In this document: one piece after another, positions 53,127 to 63,529 of the stretch
Layout of the letters: the number at the start of each line of letters is the position of its first letter
How positions within the stretch are numbered: the first letter of the stretch is position 1
Assembly: GCA_002269645.1 (NCBI GenBank)
Contig: NIVC01002786.1
Coordinates: forward strand, 1 to 64,000
Length of the DNA: 64,000 bases
Source: Macrostomum lignano
Lineage: Eukaryota
Direction of reading: 5' to 3'
Made by a program: the position numbers and the translations under genes
Notes under the pieces: generated by a model
The model's input: only the letters and a program-made list of their open reading frames with translations
Databases searched by the model: none
Told to the model about the DNA's origin: nothing

Positions 53127-53924
53127 AATCCAATAAAGTAAGTGTTGCTATCATTAGATATTTATAATAATTCGCAGGACAAAGTCAAGAACATAATGCA
53201 TTCGAAGTTAAAGCTAAAATTAAGAGTTCCAAAAGTTCTTTGCGATTAGCAGTGATTGTGGGACTTAAGGTAAGCCTAATTGGTCAAAATTAAAATCTCA
53301 CAAGAAAAAAACGCAAACCTCTACTCTAAGAACTCACATTAAACTATGAGACATATTAAAGCGAAATTCTCGGGAGGTTGACAGGACAGTTTGTTGAACG
53401 GCCATTTTTATGCATTTGACAGCCAAACAGTCTACACTCTACAGCCACCGATCAGGTCCATGTACCACTCGTACCTTGACTTTTACGAAGCTTGCTTGCA
53501 CTCCAAAACTACTCCCTCTGGCAAATTGTAGGTCCATTCATAGCTCGTATTCTTCTTGTTCACAGGTGCGCGTGTCACTTAAATCTCTATTAATTTTGCT
53601 TAAAAATATTTAATTCACTACACAGTAATAAAATGTAATTTTGCTGCGATAAGACTTAGTTAAGTACTTCTAAAGTACTTCGTGCCACCTGGGCTGACTC
53701 ATGGAGGCCGGTTGCTGAGATGCCAAGGATCAATTGGAAGTTGTTGGTGCACCAAGCCAAAGGCAGGTCAAAGGGAGAGTTAGGGTTTAAGCCATGGCTT
53801 ACAAGGGAGTCTGATTGCCAAAGCTCACTGGGGATGCTGATATCTTAGGCTCTCTAGGGGGGGGGTGTACTTGCTATTTGGGAGAGAGGGGTACTAGCTA
53901 CATGTATGGGATTCTTTCTATCCA

Positions 53925-54235
53925 AAGATGCTTGCTATCTGGGGGGATGCTTGCTATCAGGGGGGATGCTTGCTATCAGGGGCCGGGATGCTTGCTATCA
54001 GGGGATGCTTGCTATCTGGGGGATGCTTGCTGTCTGGGGGATGCTTGCTGTCTGGGGGATGCTTGCTATCAGGGGATGCTTGCTATCTGGGGGATGCTTG
54101 CTGTCTGGGGGATGCTTGCTGTCTGGGGGATGCTTGTTATCAGGGGATGCTTGCTATCTGGGGGATGCTATCTGGGGGGATGCTTGCTATCTGGGGGATG
54201 CTTGTTATCTGGGGGATGCTATCTGGGGGGATGCT
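53925..54235. repeat. ~17-bp satellite (GGGGATGCTTGCTATCT)n, left part
   Basis: Continues in the same orientation at 58626 after the inserted element. Confidence 0.93.
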
Positions 54236-55031
54236 ACTACGTAATGCGCAGATAGAGCAGGGTTTTCAGGCAGATTTGACGCAAAAAACGCAAATTATAC
54301 TACTATCTGAAAATGAAGTAAGTAGTATACAAAAACGCTATCCTAAGCGTGATGTGGCAATATGTAGTTGTAATAATCCATGTGCTCATATTAATACCAT
54401 GTACATTAATCCCTATCTATCTCAAATTGTACATTAATTCCATGTACATTAATCCCTATCCCAAATTGTCTATCCCCAATTCTATATGTACATGTGCATT
54501 AATCTACAGTGTCATCCCCAGCGCGCGCGCACCAACATTACATGTACAATGCTACATGTACACAGAGGCGAGAATTACTAATCTCATCTACTACCAAATG
54601 AGTCAACTAACCGTGTAGCGTACATCATGTATAAGTATTTACAATGAAGATATATTTACATTTAATCAGTAGCATATTACAGGAAATAATTTATGTACAG
54701 CATTACCAGCAAATAGAATATACAGAAAATTTTACATTGTTTTTCATTAATTTTCTTTTCATAAATAATTTTAAACAAGTTTGACACGCAAAATATGTAC
54801 AATAGATTTTTACATTGGCAATTTCGCTGCATACAATACAAAAATGCTTTATGTACATTTGTATAGTAGTATGTAACTCTTCATTAATTTAACATGCAAA
54901 ATATGTACAACAATAAATAGATTTTACTCAGTCAAATTTAACAAGATATTTATTAAGCAAGGGCCACATTATTTATAACCATAAGGCCTGCTGCAGGCCC
55001 CGTACACGCGCTTCGTCAGGACGCGCTGAAA
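54236..55031 (+). repeat. Left terminal inverted repeat (796 bp)
   Basis: Reverse complement of 57830-58625 with no differences seen by eye. The identical 89-aa spurious ORFs at 54349(+) and 58243(-) corroborate this. Confidence 0.95.
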
Positions 55032-55056
55032 GGCTCCCAAAGTGAAAGCTTCGACT

Positions 55057-57892
55057 ATGCCATACGTGTTCTACGATACGGAAACATACACGGACGAGGA
55101 GAAGCAGCATCACGTGCACCTGGTGACTGCCGTCACGTGCTGCGAGACCTGCTCCGGCCGGGCGTTTCCGCGCGAGACTTGCCGCCTCTGCAATGGCCTG
55201 CATAGCGCCGCCAATTGTCTGACTGGCCGCGATCTGGGGGAGGAATTCTCCAATTGCGTCAGCCACTCAGACTGCGCCTGCCAAATGGCCGATTTTGTGG
55301 CTGTGGGCCCGGCCTCGCTGAATGCGTTTTTCACCTGGCTGAGCACAGCTTTCCGAGGCGGCGCCATTGTTGTAGCGCACAATGCATCAGGCTACGATTC
55401 GTTCCTACTGCTTGGCGCTCTACTCAACGGCCTGGCCAAGAAGCGGCCACAAGTACTGTTCCAGGGCAGCCGGCTAATGAGCATGACGGTGGATAAATTG
55501 GTATTTAAAGATTCATTAAATTTTATACCAATCCCGCTTGCGCAATTCCCCAAAGCTCTGGGGCTCGCTAACACAAAGCTGGCCAAGGGGACCTTTCCCC
55601 ACGAGTTTAACAAGCCGGCTAATTGGAACTACGTTGGCCCCTACCCGGCTATTGAATATTATGGCGGCAAAGCGAACAAGGACTATGACTCAATCTGTGC
55701 TTGGCTAGCCTCGCGACAGGGCGAGTTGTTCAACTTTAATCGGGAATATCTCGATTATTGTTTGAGCGACACAGTCCTGCTTCGCGAGGGCTGCATCAAG
55801 TACAGGGCAATAATTGGTGAAATTTGCGACGGCCTGGAACCGTTTGTTCAGGCCAATACGATTGCCAGTTTGGCAATGGCCGTTTTCACCACCCGGTTTA
55901 TGGAGCCCAACTCGGTCGGCGTGATTGCCCGGCAGGCCGACCAGCAGTCGTTCAAGGCGCGCAAGTGGCTGGCCTATTTGAATGCCACCGAATTTGGCGG
56001 GCGGCTGCGAACCTGCGACTCGACTGGCGGCGAGGCTGTCATTCTCGGCCGCAAGGTGGACGGCTTCGATGAGGCGAGCAACACTGTTTTGCAGTTTCAT
56101 GGCTGTTTCTACCATGGCTGCGAGCAGTGTATGCCCGATCAGGATGTCGTCCACCCGCTCAAACGGCAGCCTCTGAGCCATATTCGCCACGAGACTGAGT
56201 GGTTCACTCGCGAGTTGGAGCGGCACAATTACAGTGTTCGAGTCATTTGGGAGCATGAGTACGACACTGTATTGGCGTCGCAGGCCGACTTTATCGCCGC
56301 AACTGCACATCTGCGCGCTCCGCTCAAGATGGAGGATGCGCTCTACGGTGGCCGCGTAGAGTGCTTTATCCCGCATGCTGTGGCCAGCGAGACTGAGACT
56401 CTCAAATATCGGGATGTGGTGAGTAGCGATACTACTAATATAGTAGAATATTTTGCAAAAAATACAGTTTATGAAAAAAAAATAATGCTTTATTTCAACT
56501 GGCAGGTCTCTCTGTACCCGACGGTGCAGTCGAAAGACCCATACCCGATTGGCCACCCGGTGCAACATCCGACGCCGCAAGTGCTCGATTCTGACGCGCT
56601 GGCTAGCTACTTTGGCATTGCCAAGGTGACAGTGCTGCCGCCGTCAGATTTGCACATTCCGCTGCTGCCCTACAGGGTGCAAAAGAAGCTCTTTTTTGGG
56701 CTTTGCCGCACCTGTATGGAGCAGCAGTGCGGCGAGTGCTGCGACCACTCTGACCAGCAGCGGGCACTGACTGGTACCTGGGCAACGCCGGAGCTGCGGA
56801 AGGCCTTCCAGTTGGGCTACCGGCTGCAGGCGGTGCACGCGCTGGCCTACTGGACAGAGAAGCGGACCGGTCTGTTCAGTGACTATGTCAGCACCTTTCT
56901 CAAGCTGAAGGCTGAGTCGAGCGGTTCCCCCGGCATGTCGGATGAAGACAAGGCCGCCTACATTGCCGATTTTTACGCCAAGGAGGGCGTCACGCTGGAC
57001 AAGGTCGAGCCCAACCCAGGACTTCGCTTTGTAGCGAAAATCTTTTTGAATTCGTAAGTATTCATAAATTTTTGTATTTTAAATGATTTTCTTCTTCTAC
57101 TAACAGTAGCACTTCTTTTCACAACACACAGGCTCTGGGGCAAATTTTGTCAGCGTGATGACCTGACATCGACAGAAATTGTATCCAGCTACGAGGACTG
57201 GCTCGCCCGGCTGACCGACCCCAACCTCAAAGTCAAGGCCTGCGAACCGATTGGCAGCGAGTTTATGCTGCTAGAGTACCGGCACCGCTATTTTAATCAG
57301 CGGCCGTTCCGGTACTCCAATGTGCCAATCGGGGTCTTTACGACCACTCAGGCCCGGCTGCGCCTGTATGAGGCATTGGAGGGGCTCGGCGAACGGGCCA
57401 TTTACTGCGACACTGACTCGTAAGTATTGCATTGGGAAAATTATTTTAGAATTGATTACATGTAAATAGTTAGCAATTATCTCGTTTTCTCTCCCACACA
57501 GGGTCGTTTACCGGCATTCCGAGGGCCAATGGGAGCCGCCCCATGGCACGAGCCTCGGAATGTGGACCGATGAGGTGCCCGCAGGCAGCCGGATGACCGA
57601 CTTTGTAAGTGGGGGGCCCAAACTCTACACTTACATTGTCGAGGATGCGGCCGGTGCCCGGAGTCAGGTCCTGAAGTGCAAGGGCATCCGCCTGACTCCG
57701 GAGATTCGGGAGCGCAGCGATGAATTGCGCAGTGCCCTACTACACGGCGGCTCCCTGCAGCTGCCGCAGCTTCAGTTTAGGCGCGACAAGGCGTCTTGTA
57801 CCATACACACAATCAATATGGACAAGACGTTTCAGCGCGTCCTGACGAAGCGCGTGTACGGGGCCTGCAGCAGGCCTTATGGTTATAAATAA
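55057..57892 (+). CDS. polB: Protein-primed family B DNA polymerase (Polinton pPolB), 4 exons, 862 aa
   Basis: Exons 55057-56418, 56506-57053, 57132-57419 and 57502-57892 sum to 2589 nt. ExoI FYDTET, ExoII AHNASGYD, ExoIII YCLSD, Vsr-like insert VDG...FHGCFYHGC, and the Polinton-typical LCRTC...GTW segment are present. After splicing, motifs A (RDVVSLYP), B (KIFLNSLWGKF) and C (YCDTDSVVY) and the GGPKLY motif are restored. Confidence 0.93.
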
Positions 57893-58625
57893 TGTGGCCC
57901 TTGCTTAATAAATATCTTGTTAAATTTGACTGAGTAAAATCTATTTATTGTTGTACATATTTTGCATGTTAAATTAATGAAGAGTTACATACTACTATAC
58001 AAATGTACATAAAGCATTTTTGTATTGTATGCAGCGAAATTGCCAATGTAAAAATCTATTGTACATATTTTGCGTGTCAAACTTGTTTAAAATTATTTAT
58101 GAAAAGAAAATTAATGAAAAACAATGTAAAATTTTCTGTATATTCTATTTGCTGGTAATGCTGTACATAAATTATTTCCTGTAATATGCTACTGATTAAA
58201 TGTAAATATATCTTCATTGTAAATACTTATACATGATGTACGCTACACGGTTAGTTGACTCATTTGGTAGTAGATGAGATTAGTAATTCTCGCCTCTGTG
58301 TACATGTAGCATTGTACATGTAATGTTGGTGCGCGCGCGCTGGGGATGACACTGTAGATTAATGCACATGTACATATAGAATTGGGGATAGACAATTTGG
58401 GATAGGGATTAATGTACATGGAATTAATGTACAATTTGAGATAGATAGGGATTAATGTACATGGTATTAATATGAGCACATGGATTATTACAACTACATA
58501 TTGCCACATCACGCTTAGGATAGCGTTTTTGTATACTACTTACTTCATTTTCAGATAGTAGTATAATTTGCGTTTTTTGCGTCAAATCTGCCTGAAAACC
58601 CTGCTCTATCTGCGCATTACGTAGT
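57830..58625 (-). repeat. Right terminal inverted repeat (796 bp), overlapping the last 63 nt of the polB CDS
   Basis: Complementarity to the left TIR extends into the codons for FQRVLTKRVYGACSRPYGYK*. Confidence 0.95.
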
Positions 58626-59350
58626 GATGCTTGCTATCTGGGGGATGCTTGCTATCTGGGGGATGCTTGCTATCTGGGGGATGCTATCTGGGGGGATGCT
58701 AGCTATCTGGGGGATGCTTGCTATCAGGGGGGATGCTTGCTATCAGGGGATGCTTGCTATCTGGGGGATGCTTGCTGTCTGGGGGATGCTTGCTGTCTGG
58801 GGGATGCTTGTTATCAGGGGATGCTTGCTATCTGGGGGATGCTATCTGGGGGGATGCTTGCTATCTGGGGGATGCTTGTTATCAGGGGATGATATGCGGT
58901 TGCTTACTCTTGGAGGGCGGTGCTTGCTATCTGGGAGATACTTGTTATCTGCGGGATGCTTGCTATCTGGGGAATGCTTGCTATCTGGGGGGGGGGTGCT
59001 TGTTATCAGGGATGCTTGCTATCTGGGGAATGCTTGCTATCTTGGGAATGCTTGCTATCAGGGGATGCTTGCTATCAGGGGATGCTTGCTATCTGGGGGA
59101 TGCTTGCTATCTGGGGAATGCTTGCTATCTGGGGGGGGGGGGTGCTTGTTATCAGGGATGCTTGCTATCTGGGGAATGCTTGCTATCTTGGGAATGCTTG
59201 CTATCAGGGGATGCTTGCTATCTGGGGGGGTGCTTGTTATCAGGGGATGATATGCGGTTGCTTACTCTTGGAGGGCGGTGCTTGCTATCTGGGAGATACT
59301 TGTTATCTGCGGCATGCTTGCTATCAGCTGGGGGATGCTTGCTGTCTTGG
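58626..59350. repeat. ~17-bp satellite (GGGGATGCTTGCTATCT)n, right part
   Basis: Same unit and orientation as 53925-54235. Confidence 0.93.
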
Positions 59351-61121
59351 GATGTTTTCTGTTTAGGGGGAATGTCTGTTATCATTGTGAAAGCTTCATT
59401 TTGTCGTCTTTGTTAATTTTTAAAAAAAAACTTCATAGCCAACAAACATCTTTGACTTTGACCGTGACAATTTTACTCGAATAAGGTGATTTTAAAACTG
59501 AAGAATTCTTAAGAAAATGTGCTTTTTTAACTGTTTTCCATGAATGATTTTTGCTCCTTGCATATTGCGCGCCACGAAGGGGGCACTAGATTGCTAGTCA
59601 ATCTTTTAAAGTTGAAGATATCCTTGCAAAGAGCTAGAAATTTTACAATTTCTGCTAGATGTAGAGTTCCACTTGCGTTAAATTGTAACTCACTAAGAAG
59701 CAGCATTGGCGACAACACGCTGATACAGAAAGCCTTGAAGGTCAAGCATCCCATACAATGGGTGCTACTCATAAGTAGAGCAGACAGTGTTTCTTATTAC
59801 GAAGAATCAAAATAAATAAAAGTTTGTCAAAGTAATAACAGTTACGCTATTTGTGAACGCCTAAAGTAAGCTTTGCACAGACTTCGCGCAGGTCTGCGCA
59901 ACATTCCAAGGGTTATAATTATAGTCTCTATCTGAGCTCTATATGTATATATTTGTATTATAGTACTGTAATATAATAAGCATGTAATAAGTTCAATTAA
60001 ATCTTAACGAGAGAGTGCTTGCATTGATGAGGATAATAAATAAGGTGCGAAAGCCGCTACCGCCGCGTACAATCGAGAATCTGAATTCATCCTGGTCCAA
60101 AATCTTACACTTGGAAATATTATTATGAAACACACAGAGAAGGAAGAGAGTACGGTGACTGTAGCTGGGAGATTTGAGTGTCGGGCATTTGATTATTAGT
60201 TGAATCGAGTGCAATAGTGACTACTGAGAACGTGTGATTCAGTAGATTGCAAAACAATATAAATTTCAACTGCACAAAAAATCAATGGTTAGTTTGTTAG
60301 CCTGCCCGACAGAAATCAGTTAACAATCTAAAATTTGGACTGGAGTATGGAACGAAAATTGTCCATACTAAAGTACTTTTAGTACTATTACGAGTAGAAT
60401 GGCATAATAATTCCCTATACAGTACTATTAATAATTCCCTATACAGTACTATTAGAATGGCATAATAATTCCCTATACAGAATGGCATAAAACTCACGAG
60501 ACCCCAAATTTATTCTACAAATTAACAGGTGCCAGCGCACTGCCCACAATTAGTCATGGAGAACTGCGCACTGGTGCGCAAAAGCAGACAAAAAGACAAA
60601 TTATTGAAGGCAATGCGCTGAATTGTTTGCAAGACAGCTACAGGTGGCTGGTTGCAGCAATAACACTTATAACTTGATGACAGGGTAATTAATGCAACAA
60701 TCAACGGATATCAAAATAAAATAGGCCTTCAAATTAACAACGTGAGATCAGGTGTGAGGTACAGTCAGTACAATTGATGACAAAATATTTATCAGTTCAA
60801 AAAACTCAATAAATAAAACAACTCAAGTGAGATTAATTAGCTGATTAGGTGAACGCATTTATTCAACAAGATAATATAAATAATAATTTACAGACTGGCA
60901 TTGCAAGTTTGAAGACAAGGGATGGATTAAAATCTGACTAAAGCATGGCCATATGGCCACGTGCACACGGTGAATACCAAGAGCACGATTTTCATTCGGA
61001 TCTAAAAAGACAGCTTGTACTTTTATGATTAACTAGACCAGATAAATCAGACAGATACAGTCAGAGTTTACCGCTACAGATGCAAATATTTTTCAAAATC
61101 TATTATTAGCAGCAAGACAAT

Positions 61122-61852
61122 GAATCAACAAAGCAGAATTCCAACCGGAAATCAAAGCAGAATTCCAACCGGAAATCAAAGCAGAATTCCAACCGGAAAT
61201 CAAAGCAGAATTCCAACCGGAAATCAAGCAGAATTCCAACCGGAAATCAAAGCAGAATTCCAACCGGAAATCAAAGCAGAATTCCAACCGGAAATTAAAG
61301 CAGAATTCCAACCGGAAATCAAAGCAGAATTCCAACCGGAAATCAAAGCAGACTTCCAACCGGAAATCAAGCAGACTTCCAACCGGAAATCAAAGCAGAC
61401 TTCCAACCGGAAATTAAAGCAGAATTCCAACCGGAAATCAAGCAGACTTCCAACCGGAAATCAAGCAGACTTCCAACCGGAAATCAAGTAAGTTGAATTC
61501 CAACCGGAAATCAAGTTGAATTCCAACCGGAAATCAAGTTGAATTCCAACCGGAAATCAAGTTGAATTCCAACCGGAAATCAAGTTGAATTCCAACCGGA
61601 AATCAAAGCATAATTTCAACCGGAAATCAAGTTGAATTCCAACCGGAAATCAAAGCATAATTTCAACCGGAAATCAAGTAGAATTCCAACCGGAAACCCA
61701 AGCAGACTTCCAACCGAAATCAAGTTGAATTCCAACCGAAAATCAAGTAGAATTCCAACCGGAAACCCAAGCAGAATTCCAACCGGAAATCAAGCAGAAT
61801 TCCAACCGGAAATCAAGCAGAATTCAAAGCAGAAATCGAGCAGAATTCCAAC
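61122..61852. repeat. 22-24-bp minisatellite (GAATTCCAACCGGAAATCAAAGCA)n
   Basis: Tandem units. Confidence 0.95.
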
Positions 61853-62038
61853 CGTAGTTTGTCCATCACACTAGGAGGAATTCCAGAAAGAAAATATAAT
61901 TTTCAGAGAGCAGCTACAAACTGTACAATAAGAATCAATTGATCTAGGATCTAGGTTATGCCGCACTAATATTCTGGTTGTCAGGCAAAAAATAACAGAG
62001 GCAGTGAGTAGTGACGGGAGACTAAGGACTGGGGACTG

Positions 62039-63370
62039 TTAAAGCGGTTTCAGCCGTTCCAACTCCAATTCCAAGGCAATCCTTTGCTCGGTGACCTCCT
62101 TGAGCTCGACAGCCAGTTCATTGTTGAGCCTAACCAGGGTGTGATTCTTCTCTTTCTGAGCCTTCACCGCCGCTAGCAGGCGTTCCCGATTGGGCGGCTG
62201 GCCGGAGGCAACAGCGGCGGCGTCGGCAGCAGCGGCGGCAGCAGCAGCGGAGGACGCCAGCTGATAGCTGGCAGCTCGTGGCGGCACAGTCGGAGCGGAC
62301 GGGTCGGCGTGCTGTTGCAGGAGATGCTGCTGCTGATGCGCTGTCGGTTTCCTAGGGGTCGGATGAAGCACGCCAACACCGGTTGGAGGAATTCCGCCAA
62401 AGACTGACGGCTCCGGCGGCGGCTGCTGCTGGTGAATTGGCGGTGGCGGCGGCATCGTCGGAGGCGGCGAAGCCTCGTCCTGGTCGGACAGCGGCTCGTA
62501 GCCGGCAGCAACAGGGGGCAGCCTGTCGGGTATCGGCACATTGTTGCGCCTCAGCACGACCAGGTGCATCGCGGTGGAGAACTCGGCCAGGTTGAGCTGG
62601 CCGTCCATGTCGCGATCGGACAGGGCCCAGATGCGGGACAGCTCGGGCGGGGGCAGGCGGGACTTCTCAAAGAACTGCTTGGCCACTGGGCCGGTGATGC
62701 GGCCGGTGAGGCTGGGGCACAGGGTGAGGAATTGGTTGGCGTAGTACTCGCGCTGCTCGCGGGTCATGGCCAGCGGATCCGAGCTGTCCTCTTCATCCTC
62801 GAAGCCGCCAGCGCCGCCGCCGTTGCCCTCAACGTACTTGTGCCGGTCGTCGGGCGCGTCGCCAGCCTGGCTGTCGGAGTCGTCCGAATCCGACGTCGAA
62901 TCGTCATCATCGACATCGTCGCCGTCGTCGTTTTTGGATCCCCCGACGCCGCCTTCTGCCGAGGACGACGAGGCGGCCCGACGATGACGTCGGCGAGAGG
63001 CGCCGCGGCCGCCAGTGGATGCTGCGGCAGCGGTCGAGCCGGCCAAAGGCTCGCGGCCAGCGGCCGAGCCGCTGATGAGGCCAGTGTCCGAGTCGACGTC
63101 CGAGAAGTGGGCCCAGCCGCCGCCGCTGCCGCGCCCAGACTGGTCAGTGCCGCCGCCGCCGGCCCCGGGATCGGCGTCTTCGTCCGAGTGGCGCCGGACT
63201 CCGCCGCCGGCCTCGGCAGCGTCGACAACTCTAGGTGCTTCGTCGGCGTCGGCGCTAGAGGAGCCCGGCTTCAGTTTGGGCTTCGGTTTTGGCTTCGGCT
63301 GCGGCGGCGGTAGCGCCGAGCGGTCCAGACTGGCCGCCCTGGCGTCTCCAGGCGTGGCGGCGCCGGCGAC
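62039..63370 (-). CDS. REPS1: Terminal exon of a REPS1/REPS2-like EH-domain endocytic adaptor
   Basis: Acceptor cctaag|GTC at 63370, in frame. EH domain MTREQREYYANQF...AKQFFEKSRLP..ELSRIWALSDRDMDGQLNLAEF..AMHLV. C-terminal RalBP1-binding coiled coil KEKNHTLVRLNNEL..ELKEVTEQRIALELELERLKPL*. The 5' exons lie beyond the window. Confidence 0.87.
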   Translation of the reverse strand, partial: VAGAATPGDARAASLDRSALPPPQPKPKPKPKLKPGSSSADADEAPRVVDAAEAGGGVRRHSDEDADPGAGGGGTDQSGRGSGGGWAHFSDVDSDTGLISGSAAGREPLAGSTAAAASTGGRGASRRRHRRAASSSSAEGGVGGSKNDDGDDVDDDDSTSDSDDSDSQAGDAPDDRHKYVEGNGGGAGGFEDEEDSSDPLAMTREQREYYANQFLTLCPSLTGRITGPVAKQFFEKSRLPPPELSRIWALSDRDMDGQLNLAEFSTAMHLVVLRRNNVPIPDRLPPVAAGYEPLSDQDEASPPPTMPPPPPIHQQQPPPEPSVFGGIPPTGVGVLHPTPRKPTAHQQQHLLQQHADPSAPTVPPRAASYQLASSAAAAAAAADAAAVASGQPPNRERLLAAVKAQKEKNHTLVRLNNELAVELKEVTEQRIALELELERLKPL

Positions 63371-63529
63371 CTTAGGGGAGGGGCGTTTTTAAATGTGAGT
63401 TAAATAATAGTTACAATTTGCGCGCTTTTCTACTGAGCGGGACGAAGGCAGTAGAGGATAAAAAAATTTAATGTATCTGTAGTCTAAATGAGTCAGAATG
63501 ACAGTTTCTTCTCAAGCAATATCTGATTT

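Larger units (their letters stand above)
54236..58625 (+). mobile_element. Mini-Polinton/Maverick-like element: 4390 bp, 796-bp TIRs, 6-bp TSD GATGCT, single pPolB gene
   Basis: Termini ACTACGTAATGCGCA...TGCGCATTACGTAGT. TSD GATGCT at 54230-54235 and 58626-58631. Polinton-type pPolB inside; no integrase, ATPase, protease or capsid ORF. Confidence 0.92.

Noticed and set aside
54349-54618. 89-aa ORF present in both TIRs
   Set aside because: Starts at GTG, is low-complexity and AT-rich, and is duplicated only because the TIRs are identical; no evidence for a second gene.
60528-60645. Exon-like segment (ttaacag|GTGCC...TACAG|GTGG) on the + strand
   Set aside because: Isolated, with no recognisable domain or partner exons.
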